A stretch of DNA of 64,000 nucleotides from an uncultured Planctomycetota bacterium. Lineage in GTDB: Bacteria; Planctomycetota; Planctomycetia; Gemmatales; Gemmataceae. The translations under genes were made by a program, and so were the position numbers. The stretch lies in contig CAWKHF010000002.1 of assembly GCA_963849325.1 (NCBI GenBank), positions 448,001 to 512,000 on the forward strand, written 5' to 3'. How positions within the stretch are numbered: the stretch's first letter is position 1; each line of letters opens with the position of its first letter. Under the pieces are notes generated by a model. It was given only the letters and a program-made list of their open reading frames with translations, was not told where the DNA came from and did no database searches. Positions 17,741 to 36,743 of the stretch are shown piece after piece.

Positions 17741-19084
17741 ATGAACTCGTCCTCCTGGCAGGGTCCGGTCGGACACTGGCTCAAGGGCCACCCGTACACC
17801 GCGGGCGCGGTCCTTGTGCTGAGCGTCGTCGCTCTCTCCTTTGGCCGGCGTCAACAGTCGGAATGGCGCGAAGTGTACGTCCCCGCCGCGGCCCGTCTGT
17901 GGCTGGGGGAGGACGTCTATCGTCCGGACGGCGGCTACCTCTATCCCCCGTTCATGGCCTGGACCGTCCTGCCCTTTCTGACCTTGCCCGATGCCCTCGG
18001 GCGCGGAGCCTGGTTCCTCGTCAACCTGATCTGCCTGCTTGGCTTGCTCCGTTGGAGTTGGCGTCTGGCCGGAGGCGGCCGACTCGAAGGTGTCGGGGCA
18101 GCGAAACTCGCCGAACACGTGGCCGCTGTGCTCGGCGGTCTTTGTGGGGGATTCTACATTCAGAATTGCCTGGCCCACCAGCAGACGGATGTCGTCATTG
18201 GAGCGGCCCTGGCGGGTGGTTGCTTGTTGTTAATGCGCGGGCGCGTCCTTCTGGCCGCCACCTCGTTCGGATTGGCGGCGGCTTGCAAATGCACGGGGCT
18301 GCTCTGGGCGCCGTATCTCCTCTGGCGCGGCCGGCCCTTCGCGGCGGCGTGGCTGCTCGCCGTCGCCCTCGGCGTCAACCTGTTGCCGGACTTCGTCAGC
18401 ACGTCGCCGTCGGGACAGCCGTGGTTGGAAGTCTACACGTCGCGCTTTCTGAAACCTCTCACCGATTCCGAGTACCTCGTCGGCGCCTGGCGCAGCGAGC
18501 CGGTTTACAATCAGTCGCTCGCCGGACTCGGGCGGCGCTGGTTCACGACTTCCTGGACGTGGGCACCGGACGATTGCACGGTCGAACTGTGTACGCCGCG
18601 CGTTTCCCCGCTCGCCCTCCGAAGCGGCGTCTATGGATTGCAGATGGTGCTGCTGCTGGCCGTGCTCTGGAATTGTGGCCGGCCCTTTCAGCGGCTCTCC
18701 CAGGGCGCGGATGGGTGCCGTCAAGGTCTGGAGTGCGGCGTCGTCTTGCTTCTCATGGTGCTGTTGTCGCCCATGTCCAGCAAGGCCCACTTCGGGACTC
18801 TTGTCTTGCCTGGTTTCTGCCTGGCCCGCGCCGCAATCGCCTCGCGCAGCCGTCTGCTGGCGTCGGTGTTGGTGGGGGCCGTACTGCTCGCTGTTCTGTC
18901 GAACAAGGATCCTCTCGGCGAGAAACTATACACGCTCAGTCTGTGGTACGGCGTCGTCACCTGGCAATCGCTCCTTCTGCTGGCGGGATGCCTGATCGCG
19001 CTGCCGTCCAACTCTCCAAAGACAACCACGGATTACACGGATAAAGACGAAAAGAGTCTTTCTTTATCCGTGCTATCCGTGTAA
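17741..19084 (+). CDS. GT87/DUF2029-like membrane glycosyltransferase
   Basis: GYLYPPFMA, QQTD, AAACK, NQSLAG, LLSPMSSKAHF; multiple TMs. Start uncertain (17726 or 17741). Confidence 0.8.
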   Translation: MNSSSWQGPVGHWLKGHPYTAGAVLVLSVVALSFGRRQQSEWREVYVPAAARLWLGEDVYRPDGGYLYPPFMAWTVLPFLTLPDALGRGAWFLVNLICLLGLLRWSWRLAGGGRLEGVGAAKLAEHVAAVLGGLCGGFYIQNCLAHQQTDVVIGAALAGGCLLLMRGRVLLAATSFGLAAACKCTGLLWAPYLLWRGRPFAAAWLLAVALGVNLLPDFVSTSPSGQPWLEVYTSRFLKPLTDSEYLVGAWRSEPVYNQSLAGLGRRWFTTSWTWAPDDCTVELCTPRVSPLALRSGVYGLQMVLLLAVLWNCGRPFQRLSQGADGCRQGLECGVVLLLMVLLSPMSSKAHFGTLVLPGFCLARAAIASRSRLLASVLVGAVLLAVLSNKDPLGEKLYTLSLWYGVVTWQSLLLLAGCLIALPSNSPKTTTDYTDKDEKSLSLSVLSV

Positions 19085-19092
19085 TCCGTAGT
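19025..19092. repeat. Inverted ACGGAT-core (about 9-nt unit) repeat overlapping the end of the GT87 gene
   Basis: ACCACGGATTACACGGATAAAGA ... TCTTTATCCGTGCTATCCGTGTAATCCGT. Confidence 0.8.
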
Positions 19093-19103
19093 CCTCTTTC
19101 TGG

Positions 19104-19946
19104 TCACTCCTTTTTCGGCCCGAACAGGCGCATTGCGCGCATCTTCATGAGGACCTGGTGGAAATCGCGCGGTCGGTCCTCTTTCTTCTTGGCCAGCATA
19201 CGCAGAACCAGGTCGGCGAACTGCTCGGTCACTTCCGGGTTCAATTGCCGCGGCGTGACTGGTTTCTCGACGATGTGCTTGGTCAGCAGTTCCTGAAAGC
19301 TGGCAGCGCGGAAAGGCGGCCGGCCGGTCACCATTTCGTAGCACATGGCGCCAAAACTGTAAATGTCGGATCGGCCGTCCAGCGGCTGACTGCGGATCTG
19401 TTCGGGCGACATGTAACTGTGCGTGCCCTGCGGCTTGCTCTTGCGCCAGAAGAACTTGGCCCAACCCGTCGGCATCTTCTGAGCGATGGCGAAGTCAATG
19501 ATGCGAACATCGCCGCTGCTGGCGACCAGGATGTTATCCGGTTTCACGTCGCGGTGGACCCAGCCCTTGGCGTTCATGAAGGCCAGTCCGGTGGCCACCT
19601 GCTTGAGGATGTCTTGCCCCTTCTCCCGCAGAAAATCGTACTCCTTGCGCATGAGGCGCACCTTCATGCTTCCGGCCGGGAAATACTCCATGGCGAAATA
19701 AGGATTGCTGGCGCTGCGATCCACCTTGACGATGCGGATGATATTGGGATGGGCGAGCTGCTGGCCAACCTCCGCTTCATGAAAAAGAAACTGGCGGTGG
19801 GCCGAATCCTGGGCCTTCTCCGGCAACAGCAGCTTCATGGCGAAATGCCGCCCGCTGTGGACCTCGACGACCTCCCAGACCTGGCTGGCCTGGCCCGTCA
19901 CAATATGGCGGAGTAGGCGGTATCCGCCGATCGTTTCTTCTGACAC
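19104..19946 (-). CDS. Hanks-type Ser/Thr protein kinase (kinase domain only)
   Basis: FAMKLL, HRDVKPDNIL, IIDFAIA, GTHSYMSPEQ, SDIYSFG. Confidence 0.95.
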   Translation of the reverse strand: MSEETIGGYRLLRHIVTGQASQVWEVVEVHSGRHFAMKLLLPEKAQDSAHRQFLFHEAEVGQQLAHPNIIRIVKVDRSASNPYFAMEYFPAGSMKVRLMRKEYDFLREKGQDILKQVATGLAFMNAKGWVHRDVKPDNILVASSGDVRIIDFAIAQKMPTGWAKFFWRKSKPQGTHSYMSPEQIRSQPLDGRSDIYSFGAMCYEMVTGRPPFRAASFQELLTKHIVEKPVTPRQLNPEVTEQFADLVLRMLAKKKEDRPRDFHQVLMKMRAMRLFGPKKE

Positions 19947-19963
19947 GTCCGCCTCCCCACTTC

Positions 19964-20012
19964 AGTTCTGAGTTCTGAGTTCTGAGTTCTGAGTGAAGAC
20001 AGAACTCAGGAC
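19964..20012. repeat. (AGTTCTG)n heptamer array with a short inverted arm
   Basis: AGTTCTG x4, then CAGAACTCAG; same unit as at 47402. Confidence 0.8.
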
Positions 20013-20025
20013 TTTGACAGAACCG

Positions 20026-20957
20026 CTACCAGTATTCTTCGTAATGCAGGTTGCCTTTGATCTTTAAGCTCGGCTGGTCCGTCTCGAAGCCGCGTTTTTC
20101 CAGGATCTCGATGACGCCCGGCGGCTGCGGGAAGATGCGTTCGCCGGTTTCGCGATTTTTTTCGGGCACGCCGATCATCTTGGGATTGCCGCACAAAAAG
20201 ACGTGCGTCCGCTTCGGGTCGAGCGGTTCGCCAAGGCGTTCCTCCAGTTGTCCGCTCGTCAAGAGATCCTGAATGTAAACTTTATGGCCCTTGCTCTCGG
20301 CCTCGCGCGTGGTCAGCGACAGGTAGATGTAATTCGGATAGCGCCGCATCAGCTCGTCGTGAATGGAGTGATAACCGAGGTCTCGGCGATAACGCACGCA
20401 GCAGGCCGAGAGAATGCGGCCGCGATGCCCGCGTCGCAGCAACTCCCACAACATATAGTTGTGCGGCGCCTCGCCCGTGCCGGTGGCCAGGAAGACACGG
20501 CATCCTCGGGCCGTACCGGATCGAGGGTGAAGTTGCCGCTGATCTTCTCGCCCAGGAAGAGACGCTCGCCCTCGCGCAGCAGGAACAGGCGCGGCGTCAG
20601 GGCCGGAGGCAGGGTCTTTTCGGTCTCGCGCACCAGGACGATGTAAAACTCCAGCCAGTCGGCTTTGTCGCGGTCGAGGAGACGCCCCTCGTCGTCGAGC
20701 ACCGAGCAGCTGATGGAATAGGAACGGCGGGCCAGTTTCGTCAGGTCCGCTTCCATCAGATCCTCCTCCGCGCTGCCCGGAAAGCGCGGCTCCCAGTAGC
20801 CCAGCCCGAGCGCGGCGTACTGGCCCGGTTTGTGGAGATGAAGCGTGTAGTCGGGACGTACCCGCATGATGAGCAGGTCGCTGTGGATCTTGACCAACCG
20901 GGCCACGGTGGCGTTGTACTTCTGACGACGCAGGTCCGCGATCTGTTCGGGTGTCAT
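20026..20957 (-). CDS. Ferredoxin-NADP+ reductase family; frameshift near 20500
   Basis: PGQYAALGL, RRSYSIS, LATGTGEAP, VFLCGNPKMI, C-terminal HYEEYW. Confidence 0.88.
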
Positions 20958-21124
20958 GCTTCTCTCGATCCCACCGACGCAAACAAGCGGCCCCGGCACC
21001 CCCCGCCCCGCCGCAGTGCCGCTGGGAAATGGCGTCCGAGGTGGAGAGGGAATGGACCACTCCTCCAATGTATTATAGGGAACAGCGCCGAAAGCACTGA
21101 AGGGCTTTTCGGCCGGTGCATCGG

Positions 21125-21193
21125 TCTCACGTTTAGCCGCGACGCGCGGCGGAGCGCGATGCGCTCTGCCGCGCGTCGCGGCTAAACGTGAGA
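21125..21193. repeat. REP-like palindrome family A (GTTTAGCCGCG...CGCGGCTAAAC)
   Basis: Near-perfect 33-bp arms; related copies at 38919 and 47923. Confidence 0.85.
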
Positions 21194-21250
21194 GAATGGT
21201 TGGACGAGTGCTTTCGAGACGCCGAGATAAACGGGCAGGCCGGTTCGCCC

Positions 21251-22129
21251 TCAACTTCGTTTCTTGACCGCTTCCTTGACGACGTGCCACACATGCCTTC
21301 ACGTCCGCCGAGGGATCTTCGGGATGGGCCTCATACTCGATACTGATCATCCCCTTGAATCGGACCTCCCGCAGCGCCTGGAGGACGCCGCTCACGTCGA
21401 GGACGCCCTTGCCGAAGATGACATCCTCGTGCTTCGCATTGTCGTGGTCCTTCAAGTGAATGCCGAAATTGCGTGTCGCCCATGAGGCGGATTTGCTCGG
21501 CCGGATCAAGCTTGTCGCCGAGCTGGGCGGCGCGAATGAGATGGCCGGTGTCCAGGCAAGTCCCGATGAGCGGATTATGGTCCTTGACCGCCTTGAGGAT
21601 GACTTGCGCCGAATACCAGCGATGCTCCTTCTTTCCTTGCGGCCCGTGCGGATGAATGCCGATGGCGATCTGGTATTCCTCACACAGCTTATCGAGGCTG
21701 TCGAAGCTGTCCGGGTCGGGATCGGCGCTGAACATCTTCACTCCCAGCGCCTTGCCGAACTCGAAGACCTTGCGGTTGGCGTCGGTATTCTTCGAGAAGT
21801 GCTGTACTCCCCAGGCCAACGGCGTGACCTGATATTCCCTGCACAGTTTCAACAGGGCCTCGATCTGCTTGGGAGAACTCCCCAGCAGGGGCGTGTTTCT
21901 GGAAGAACTCGACGTAGTGCAGGCCGAGATCCTGCATCCTCTTGAGGGCTTGCTCCGTATCGAACTCACGGAAGGTGTAGCTCTGGGCCCCGAACTTGAA
22001 ACCCCCGAAGGCGTCGTCCTTTTTCTCCTCGGCGTGGAGGAGATTCGGCGCGATGGCCAGGCCGAGAGCGGAGGCGCTCCCGGCCTGGAGGAAACGACGG
22101 CGATCCAATGTGTGACGGTCCCCGATCAT
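21251..22129 (-). CDS. Tat-exported sugar phosphate isomerase/epimerase (xylose isomerase-like TIM barrel); several frameshifts
   Basis: DRRRFL signal, GAQSYTFR, IHPHGP, CLDTGH, HLKD, SIEYE across frames. Confidence 0.85.
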
Positions 22130-22237
22130 GGCGGTCTTCTCCTGCGAAGAGGAACGTGGCGAGCGTGCATCGAGCTATTGGGTTATCACGACGCGCGGGG
22201 AGTGTCAAGGAGTGGCCCGTTTTTGCGGAGAGAGAAG

Positions 22238-22273
22238 AAAAACCCCACGCCGGTTGGGCGTGCCGGCGTGGGG
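22238..22273 (-). terminator. Rho-independent terminator of the VIT/vWA gene
   Basis: Minus-strand stem CCCCACGCCGG/CCGGCGTGGGG followed by TTTTT. Confidence 0.75.
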
Positions 22274-22305
22274 GAACGGATCGCGTCATCCCTGGCGAGG
22301 GCGGC

Positions 22306-24744
22306 TCACTTGCGGGCGACGAAGAGATTGCGAACTTCCTCGTCGCTCAGTTTCTCCTTGCCATTGCTCGTATCGATCACGAGGGCGGTCCCGCTTGGGG
22401 CGACCCAGACGAGATGATTGCCGAGCTTGAAGACCTCCTTGAGTTTCGGCTGGCGTTCGAGCAGCTTGAAGTAGGCGTCGCTCTGCGCCTTGACGACGAG
22501 CGGTCTTCATCTTGGCGTCAAAGCCTTCGTCGATCCAGACGCCGCCGACCTCCAGGCAGTTGCGGCCATAGACGTTGCGCAAGGCCGTCTGTTCCAGCCG
22601 CGTCTGATTGCGGAGGTTTTGCATCTGCACGGATAGATCGACGCCGAGTTTGCCGGCCTGCACGCCGTCAATGGCCCGCCGACGAGAGCAACTCCCGAGC
22701 GCGATCGTAGGCTCGCCTTCTTGTCGCGGGCTTCGGCGAGGGCCTTGCCTTCGGCGCCCTTGTCGCCGCTTCGGCGACAGATCCTTCTCGGCTCGATGGC
22801 CACGGTTGATCGGCCAGGTCGCCGGGCTTGGACTGGTTCTGCTTGGCGAATTCGAGTACCGGGACGGGCGCAGCTCGTCGGTGCCGCCGGAGCCAGTCCT
22901 GCCGGGACTCCGCCCCTGCCCGTGCCGCCCATCATACCGCCGAAGCCGACAGCCGGACGACCGCGGCTGTGGTCGCATTCTCGGATCGCGCACGACCGGC
23001 ATGGGTCCGTCGGGCACGACGAGATAGCTGGTATACGGCGTGGTGATGCCGTACTTCTTGGCCAGGGACACCACTTCCTCCACCAACTCCTTCTTCTCGC
23101 CGTTGGCGCGAATCTGATCGAGCAAGAAACCGACCTTGCGCCGTGCCCACAGTTGCTCCACAAACTCACGCTCCTCGCCCGTCTTGTCCGGGAACGTCAA
23201 CTCGTAGACAAACTCCTTCGACTCCTTGCCCACTTGACCCGACAGCTTGATCGCCGCCGCACCCTGGCCCGAGTAGCGGCCCAGAACCACCAGCTGACTG
23301 CCATGGAACAAGTCCGGCAACTCCGGCGGATACACCTCGCTGAACTTGACGCCGTTGGTCGCCGACAGCTTCAGGTTCGTCAAGCACCGGATTGCTGATC
23401 TTGCCGTACAAACCACTCACCTTGTTCTCGATGTCCTCCGCCGGACGAACGTAGGTGGACAGGGCGCGCGTCTTCTCCGCCAACTGATCCAGCATGGTGG
23501 CGTTGACGTCGTCGCCCACGCCGAAGGTGAAAATACGCGTGTTCGGCGGTGTTCCGGGCCGACGGTGTTCTTGAGGATCTTGTCGGCGTCGGTCTCGCCG
23601 ATGGTCGGCTGACCATCGGTGAAGAATACCACCGTGAACGAACGCCCCTCATCCTTGCCGCTACGCAACTCCAAGGCCGAGGCCAGGGCGTCGTTGATGG
23701 CCGTGCCGCCGGTCGCCTCCAGCTCCTCCACCCACTTCTTGGCCCGGCCGACCTGCTCCGCGTTGGCCTCCAGCAGCTTGTCCTCGTAGCGATTGACCGT
23801 CGTGGCGAAGTTGATCAGGCCGAAGCGGTCCTTGGGTCCGAGGTTGTCCAGGCAGTATTTGAGCGCCTTGCGGGCCTGCTCCATCTTCGGACCACGCATG
23901 GAGCCGGAAGTATCCAGCACCAGCACCATATCGCGCGGCACCTGATATTCCTTGGAGATTTCGACCCGCGGCGTGATCAGCAGCGTGAAGTAGCCGTTCT
24001 CGCTGCTGAGGGGCCGATGCGTCAGGGCGGTCAGTCCCACGTCCTTGTCGCCGGTGGCGTAGAACAGTTGGAAGTCCTTGTCGAGCAGTCCCTGGTTCTT
24101 GTCGAAGGTGACGGTGACTTCCTTGTCATTGTTTCGTCTTGAGGGAGATGGCGTGAGTGGGACTGTAGACGTTGGTGACGTGGTGCTCCGACTTGATGGT
24201 CGCCGTGATGGAGAACTCTTCGAGGGTGCGGGTGGCCTTGCCGTCGGTCTTGAGCGGATAGACGTACTCGACGAGCTTGCCTTCTTTGCTGGCGACGGCG
24301 GTGAAGCTCAGGGCGACTTGCTGATCGCCTTTGGGTGGGATGGGGAAGACGCGCAGTCGCAGCAGGTTGTTGCCCATGTATTCGAGCAGTCCGGGGTCTT
24401 GGGTGCGTCGGACGATGGAGGTGTAGATGTCGCGTGGCTTTTTTGGCTTCGACGAGTTCGCCCTTGGTTTCCTTGCCGTCGACCCACATGGCGAAGCGGT
24501 TGACGGAGGCGCCTTTGGGTACGGGGAAGACGTAGGTGGCTTCGAGCTGTCGGTCGGTGTGATTGCGGAAGGTCTGCTCGACGCGGGTGACGGCAGACTT
24601 GATCGTCGATGGTGATGGTGACTTTGTGGTTGAGCATGGCCAGGGGCGGCAGGCTCTTGTCTTCGGGGATCAGCAGGCCGTGAGCGTGGACTGTTCCCTG
24701 CCGGCCAGTACGAAAACGGCCATAACCAGTACAGAGCGGCGCAT
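22306..24744 (-). CDS. Secreted VIT + von Willebrand A domain protein; multiple frameshifts
   Basis: HGLLIP..LAMLNHKV, EATYVFPVP, MIDAS VLDTSGSM, GGTAINDAL, FFTDGQPT, LWARRKVGFLL, KYGITTPYTSYLV. Confidence 0.88.
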
Positions 24745-24889
24745 GGCGAACCCTTTCTTGGAATGGATCGCAGGTTCCCCTCACTCCATTAGACGAATGG
24801 AAGGGCCGTTGGATTGCCTGAACCGCGAGCGGCCGACGACAGAGCTGGATGTTACCGGGCCGTTACATGGCGGATTGAGGCGAGACGAC

Positions 24890-26251
24890 TCAGCTACGCA
24901 AGACGAGCAGAACGCGGATCGTGCCGGGTTTGGTCGGCTTGCGGCTGTCCAGGAACCGCTTGATCTCGGCGAGATCCGGGAGAGGGCCGAACTGGATTGT
25001 AAGCCAGGACAAGGGCGAGATGTTCGGGCAGCTTGGCGGCGGCTTACCCGCTCCGGGCCGCGGCGTCCCCCCCTGCCCTGCCAGGGTCTGGGCGACCTGC
25101 AGCGCGGTCAGGTCCGAGAGCGGCTTGCGCGGATCGGTGCCGAGCGGTCCCTTCGCGGCTGGTTCCGATGTCGTGGGATCGACGCCCAGGAGGGTGGACA
25201 ATTCCTTGTGGTGTTCGGGTGTCATGCGCGTCAGCACCAGGCGATCGAACTGAGCATCCGTCCGGCTTGCGGGCCGCGATCTTCTTGTCCTCCGCGCCGA
25301 TCCGCTGGACGAACTGAGCCAGTTCTTCCGGCGTGAGATTCTCCATATAGACGACATAATTCGTCTTCCATGGTCGGCATCTTGAGCCGATCCTGCGCTC
25401 GTTTCTCGATCAGCAGGCCGAGGTTCAGGGTCCGGGCGGCGGTCTGAACGTGCTCGAAGGCCTTCGTGCCATTTTGACACGGCAGCTCCAGCCGGAAGTT
25501 GGTGTCCTTTCTCAGTTCGGCGACAGAGTCTTCGCGAACGGCTTCCTGGTCGAGATCGTGCACCTTGAGCACGACGGGCAGGATAGCCTCGACCTCGCGG
25601 AACCGAAACATCTCCATGCGATCGGTGAGGATCGTTTCATCCTTCGGAGGAGGCGGAGGCACTTCCGGCGCGGCTTTGTCGGATTGCCGGTCGGCCCTTG
25701 GACGACTTCGGGGGCCTCGGCCACCGAGGGCTTATCAAGTTCGGGCGAGACGGCCGATGGATCTCGGTGACGAGGGAGTCCGCTCCTTGGCGACCGACCT
25801 TCGAGGGCGTCTTCTCCGGCACGTTCGGCGAGGACAGCGTGTCGGGTTCGTTGCTGGGCGAGGTCGGGCTTGAGCGAACGGCGTCAGGGAAGCGGCGAAG
25901 TAGAGATAAGAGGCGAGGCCCAGCAAGGCGAGTACGGCGGCGGCGGCTGCCCAGGCGGCCAGGGGGCCGATCCCAGAACGTGGACGACGCGAAGCCTGGC
26001 GGACCCGGCGCTGCGCCGGGCGTCAAGCGGCGCTCGACGATGGTGCGGAGGACTTCTCCCGTCAGATCGACCGGCAAATGGGGCGAAAGGCAGATGGCGA
26101 AGTGTAGCGAGCATCTTCGCTGGAGTTGCTGGAGCAGTTGACGGGCCTCCGGCGAGCGGCGCAGCAGCCGCGCGACGTGACGGCGCTGACGGGCGGTCAG
26201 TTCGCCATCGACGTAGGCGGTCAACAACTCGCGGTAACGATCGAGAAGCAT
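24890..26251 (-). CDS. Anti-sigma factor-like membrane protein; frameshifted
   Basis: ELLTAYVDGELT N-terminus, a TM segment and a Pro-rich linker; directly downstream of the ECF sigma gene. Confidence 0.7.
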
Positions 26252-26278
26252 GGACGCCGGTCCTTTCGCTCAGGACAT

Positions 26279-26851
26279 CTACTCGGCCCGTTCACTCTTC
26301 TCCAGCAACTCGCGCAACTCCAGCCGAGCGCGGTGCAATCGGCTGCGGATGGTGCCGATGGGCACTTGCAAAATCTCGGCCATCGTCTCGTACTTCTGCC
26401 CTTCCATGTCCTTCATGACCAGCACCGCCCGGTGTTCCGGCGACAAGCCGGCTGAGCGCTTCGTGGATCCGGCGCCCCTGCTCGGCCTGCTCCAGGGCGT
26501 GGCCCGGCCGGCTCTCGTCGGAGGGGTCGAGCGGCTCGATGGCCGTGCTCGCCGTCTCGGCCCAGTCTCCATGCGGACCATGACCCGCTGTTTCCGCTTC
26601 AGGCTGATGGCCGTGTTGACGGCGATGCGGTACAGCCAGGTGAAAAACAGCGAGTCACCCTTGAAACCGTCGAGCGACTGATAGGCGTTGAGGAACGCCT
26701 CCTGCACCACGTCCTGAGCATCCTCGGCGTTATCGACCAGGCGATAAACGCTGTTGTACAGACGCTCCTGGTAGCGGCGTACCAACACCCCAAAGGCGGC
26801 CGTGTTGCCTTGCAGACAATCAGCGATGAGGCGTTGGTCGTCGGCGCTGAC
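26279..26851 (-). CDS. ECF RNA polymerase sigma factor
   Basis: DAQDVVQEAF, FFTWLYRIAVN, YETMAEILQVPIGTIRSRLHRAR. Start uncertain: first canonical codon at 26788, homologous sequence extends to about 26851. Confidence 0.92.
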   Translation of the reverse strand, partial: VSADDQRLIADCLQGNTAAFGVLVRRYQERLYNSVYRLVDNAEDAQDVVQEAFLNAYQSLDGFKGDSLFFTWLYRIAVNTAISLKRKQRVMVRMETGPRRRARPSSRSTPPTRAGRATPWSRPSRGAGSTKRSAGLSPEHRAVLVMKDMEGQKYETMAEILQVPIGTIRSRLHRARLELRELLEKSERAE

Positions 26852-27143
26852 GGTTCCCTACCGCTCTTGGACGATGGCGGCGCCGCGGAAGTTCCCGAAA
26901 GGCGGATTCGCCGAGCCGACAGCCCCCTGTGCGGCCGACGGCGTATCCGGAGCGGGTCGCGCGCTATGGAAGAGATCGATACCCGAAGCCGAAGGCGAAG
27001 CGCTAGTCATGATGCCACATCTCGCTTGATCCTGTCAAAAGGAACTGGTGAAGTCCCAGCTTCTTGTCTTCCCAGGGACCGCCTGCGGAGTTATAGACGG
27101 GTAATCCGTGTCCTGTCGGCCACGATCGGTCAGGGAGGATGCG

Positions 27144-28695
27144 ATGACGAGATGGACAAACGGTTCGCCGGAAAGGATGGGATCGACTTGTCGAGGCTCT
27201 CCTCGCTCGCCGTCGCCGCTCGCCATCGCCGTTTGCAGTGCCCGCCCCTACGCCGGCGGCTGGAACGACGGCAGCCGACTGGCCACCGTCGAATCCCTGG
27301 TCGATCAGCATACTTGGATCATCGATCGTTCTATCTTCGTCCAGGTGCCGCCAGCCTACGATGGCACTACCCCCCTGCCCTACGATCCCGCCGAGCCAGG
27401 CTTCTGCAGCACGGCACCCTCGACAAATTATTCATCGAGGGACACTATTACTCCGACAAATCGCCGGTTCCCGCCCTGCTGATGGCCGGCTGCTATCGAG
27501 TCTGTGCAAGTGGATGACCGGCTGGACCGCACGCACTCACCCGGATCAGTTCTGCCGGGCGATGACGCTGGCCTCTTCGGGACTGGCTTACGTCGTGGCC
27601 GTGCTGTGCATCTACCGTCTGGGCCGACCTCTGCGTTTGTCCCTGTCCGTGCGACTAGGTCCTGACCGCCAGTTTCGCCTTGGCCACGGTGGCCCTGCCC
27701 TACGTCCAGCACGTCAACAATCACATCCTCCTCCTCGGCGTGACGGCCGCGCTGGTTCTGGGCGTCGCGCGGTTAGTGGAAGACAAGAACGAGGGCCGGG
27801 TGTCGGGCTGGCGCTTCGCCGTCCTGGGCACGCTGGCGGGACTTGGGATACACGATCGATCTGGGCGTCGGTCCAGTGGTCCTGGTTTCGTACGTCGCTC
27901 TTCTGTCCTGAGTCTCTGCCGCCTCCCGTGGCCTGCGGAGCGGCGTCGGCTTCACCTGGTCCCCCTGTCATGTCTCTCTTCGTGCTGGGTGCCCTGCCCT
28001 GGCTGGTGCTGCATCATGCCCTCAACTACGCGATCGGCGGAACGTTCCAGCCGGCGAACGCGAACCCCGAGTATTTCTGCTGGCCAGGTTCGCCCTTCAG
28101 CGCTCGCAATCTTACCGGGAAGCTGGGTCCACGACGAGCCCGGGGTCGTTCCTCCTCTACGCCGCCAGCATGATGGCAGGCAAACGCGGCTTTCTGGGCC
28201 ACAACCTGCCTCTGTTCCTGGCCCTGCCGGCGCTGGTCGTTCTCTTGCGGCGTCACCGCGAATGTCGGCGCGAAGTGCTCTGGGCCGTGGGATGCTGTGC
28301 GGGCACCTGGCTGCTGTACGCCGCTACGTCGAATAATTCTTCGGGACAGTGCTGCTCCATCCGCTGGTTCGTGCCGCTGCTGGCTCCGGCCTATTACGTC
28401 CTGGCCCTGTTCTTGCAGCGCTATCCGCGATACCGCATGGATTTCCTCGTTCTCAGTGCCTGGGGAGTGCTTCTCGTCCTGTTGATGCGAGATGGACCTT
28501 GGCTGACGCACATGGTTCCCTTCTTCTGGCCGATCCAGGCCGCCGCCCTGGGCAGTTGGGCGTTGTGTTCTTACCTGCGCCGCCGAGTTGCGCGGACAGG
28601 CTCGCCTTGGCCTCATCCTCTTGCGGCCTCTACGCGACATCCGTATACTAATGAGTATGCCAAGAATCTCTCTCCAGGAGCGGCGGCCTCTCGTT

Positions 28696-28703
<8 letters not shown>
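27144..28703 (+). CDS. Polytopic membrane protein, GT-C-like; several frameshifts
   Basis: GGWNDGSRLATVESLVD, DKLFIEGHYYSDKSP, VNNH, SIRWFVPL; GGAGG RBS. Confidence 0.6.
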
Positions 28704-35712
<7,009 letters not shown>

Positions 35713-35744
35713 CGATATGGTCTCGGGAGGCGGGCGAATGGTCC

Positions 35745-36720
35745 TTACTTCGGCAAGGACCACACACGCAACGTCGCGTCATCGCCGGAGGAAACAGCCT
35801 GTGTACCGTCCGGCGCGAACGCCGCCGTCCACAGCGGTTGCCGATGCCCCTTGAAACATTCGAGCTGCCGCCCGGTGCGGACGTTCCAGATCCGCAGGGT
35901 CAGGTCGAAGCCGGCCGACAAGCGCACCGCCCATCCGGCGCGAAGGCGACGCTCCATATCGAATTGGTGTGTCCCACGAACGTGCGGACTTGCCGGCCGC
36001 TGTCGATGTCCCACAGGCGCATCGTCCGGTCCCAGCTGCCGGTCAGCAGGGATTGCCCGTCCGGCGAGACGGCCACGCTGACGAGGCCTTGCTGGTGGCC
36101 GGTGAAAACGCGGACACGCCGTCCGGTGCTCAGATCCCACAGACAGGCCGTGCCATCCGCACTGCCGGAGACCGCATGGCCCCCCGCCGGACAGAACGCC
36201 ACGCTGTAAACGCGGTCGGCGTGTCCTGCCAAGCGGCGCAGCTCTCGGCCGGTTCGAACGTCCCACAATCGCACCGTGCGATCATCGCCGCCCGTCAAGA
36301 CGTGTCGCCCATCCCGCGACAAGGCGACCGCATTCACGTCGCCGGCGTGCCCCTCGAAACGACGTACCTCCAGCCCGCGTAGCACGTCCCACAGCCGCAC
36401 CGTCCGATCGTAGCTGGCCGACAGTGCCTGCGAACCATCGGCGTTGAACACCACGCAGCGCACCAGCGACGTATGACCCCGCAACTGCAGCAGCTCCTGA
36501 CCCGTGGTCACGCTCCACAGTCGGATTGTTCGGTCCTGACTGCCGGACAGGACATGCCGGCCATTCGGTGAAAAGACCACCGACATCACTCGTTCGGTGT
36601 GCCCTTTCATTTCCCGCAGGGGATCGCCCCTTGGGGCCGGGCGGGTGGCAGGCGGTGCATCCCCGCCTCCGAGCGCCGCAAGAGTTACCGCGAGCAACAG
36701 GCATAGGGATGCGAACGCTT
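35745..36720 (-). CDS. Secreted WD40 beta-propeller protein; frameshift near 35920, start uncertain
   Basis: About 7 GH...V.FS.DG...LSGS.D.T.RLW repeats and a hydrophobic leader. Confidence 0.85.
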
Positions 36721-36743
36721 GTCCTTGGAAAAATCCGTCCCTG

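Noticed and set aside
21125-21193. Family A palindromes as integron attC sites
   Set aside because: They begin with GTT and end with AAC, the reverse of the attC RYYYAAC...GTTRRRY order. There is no integrase or cassette array.
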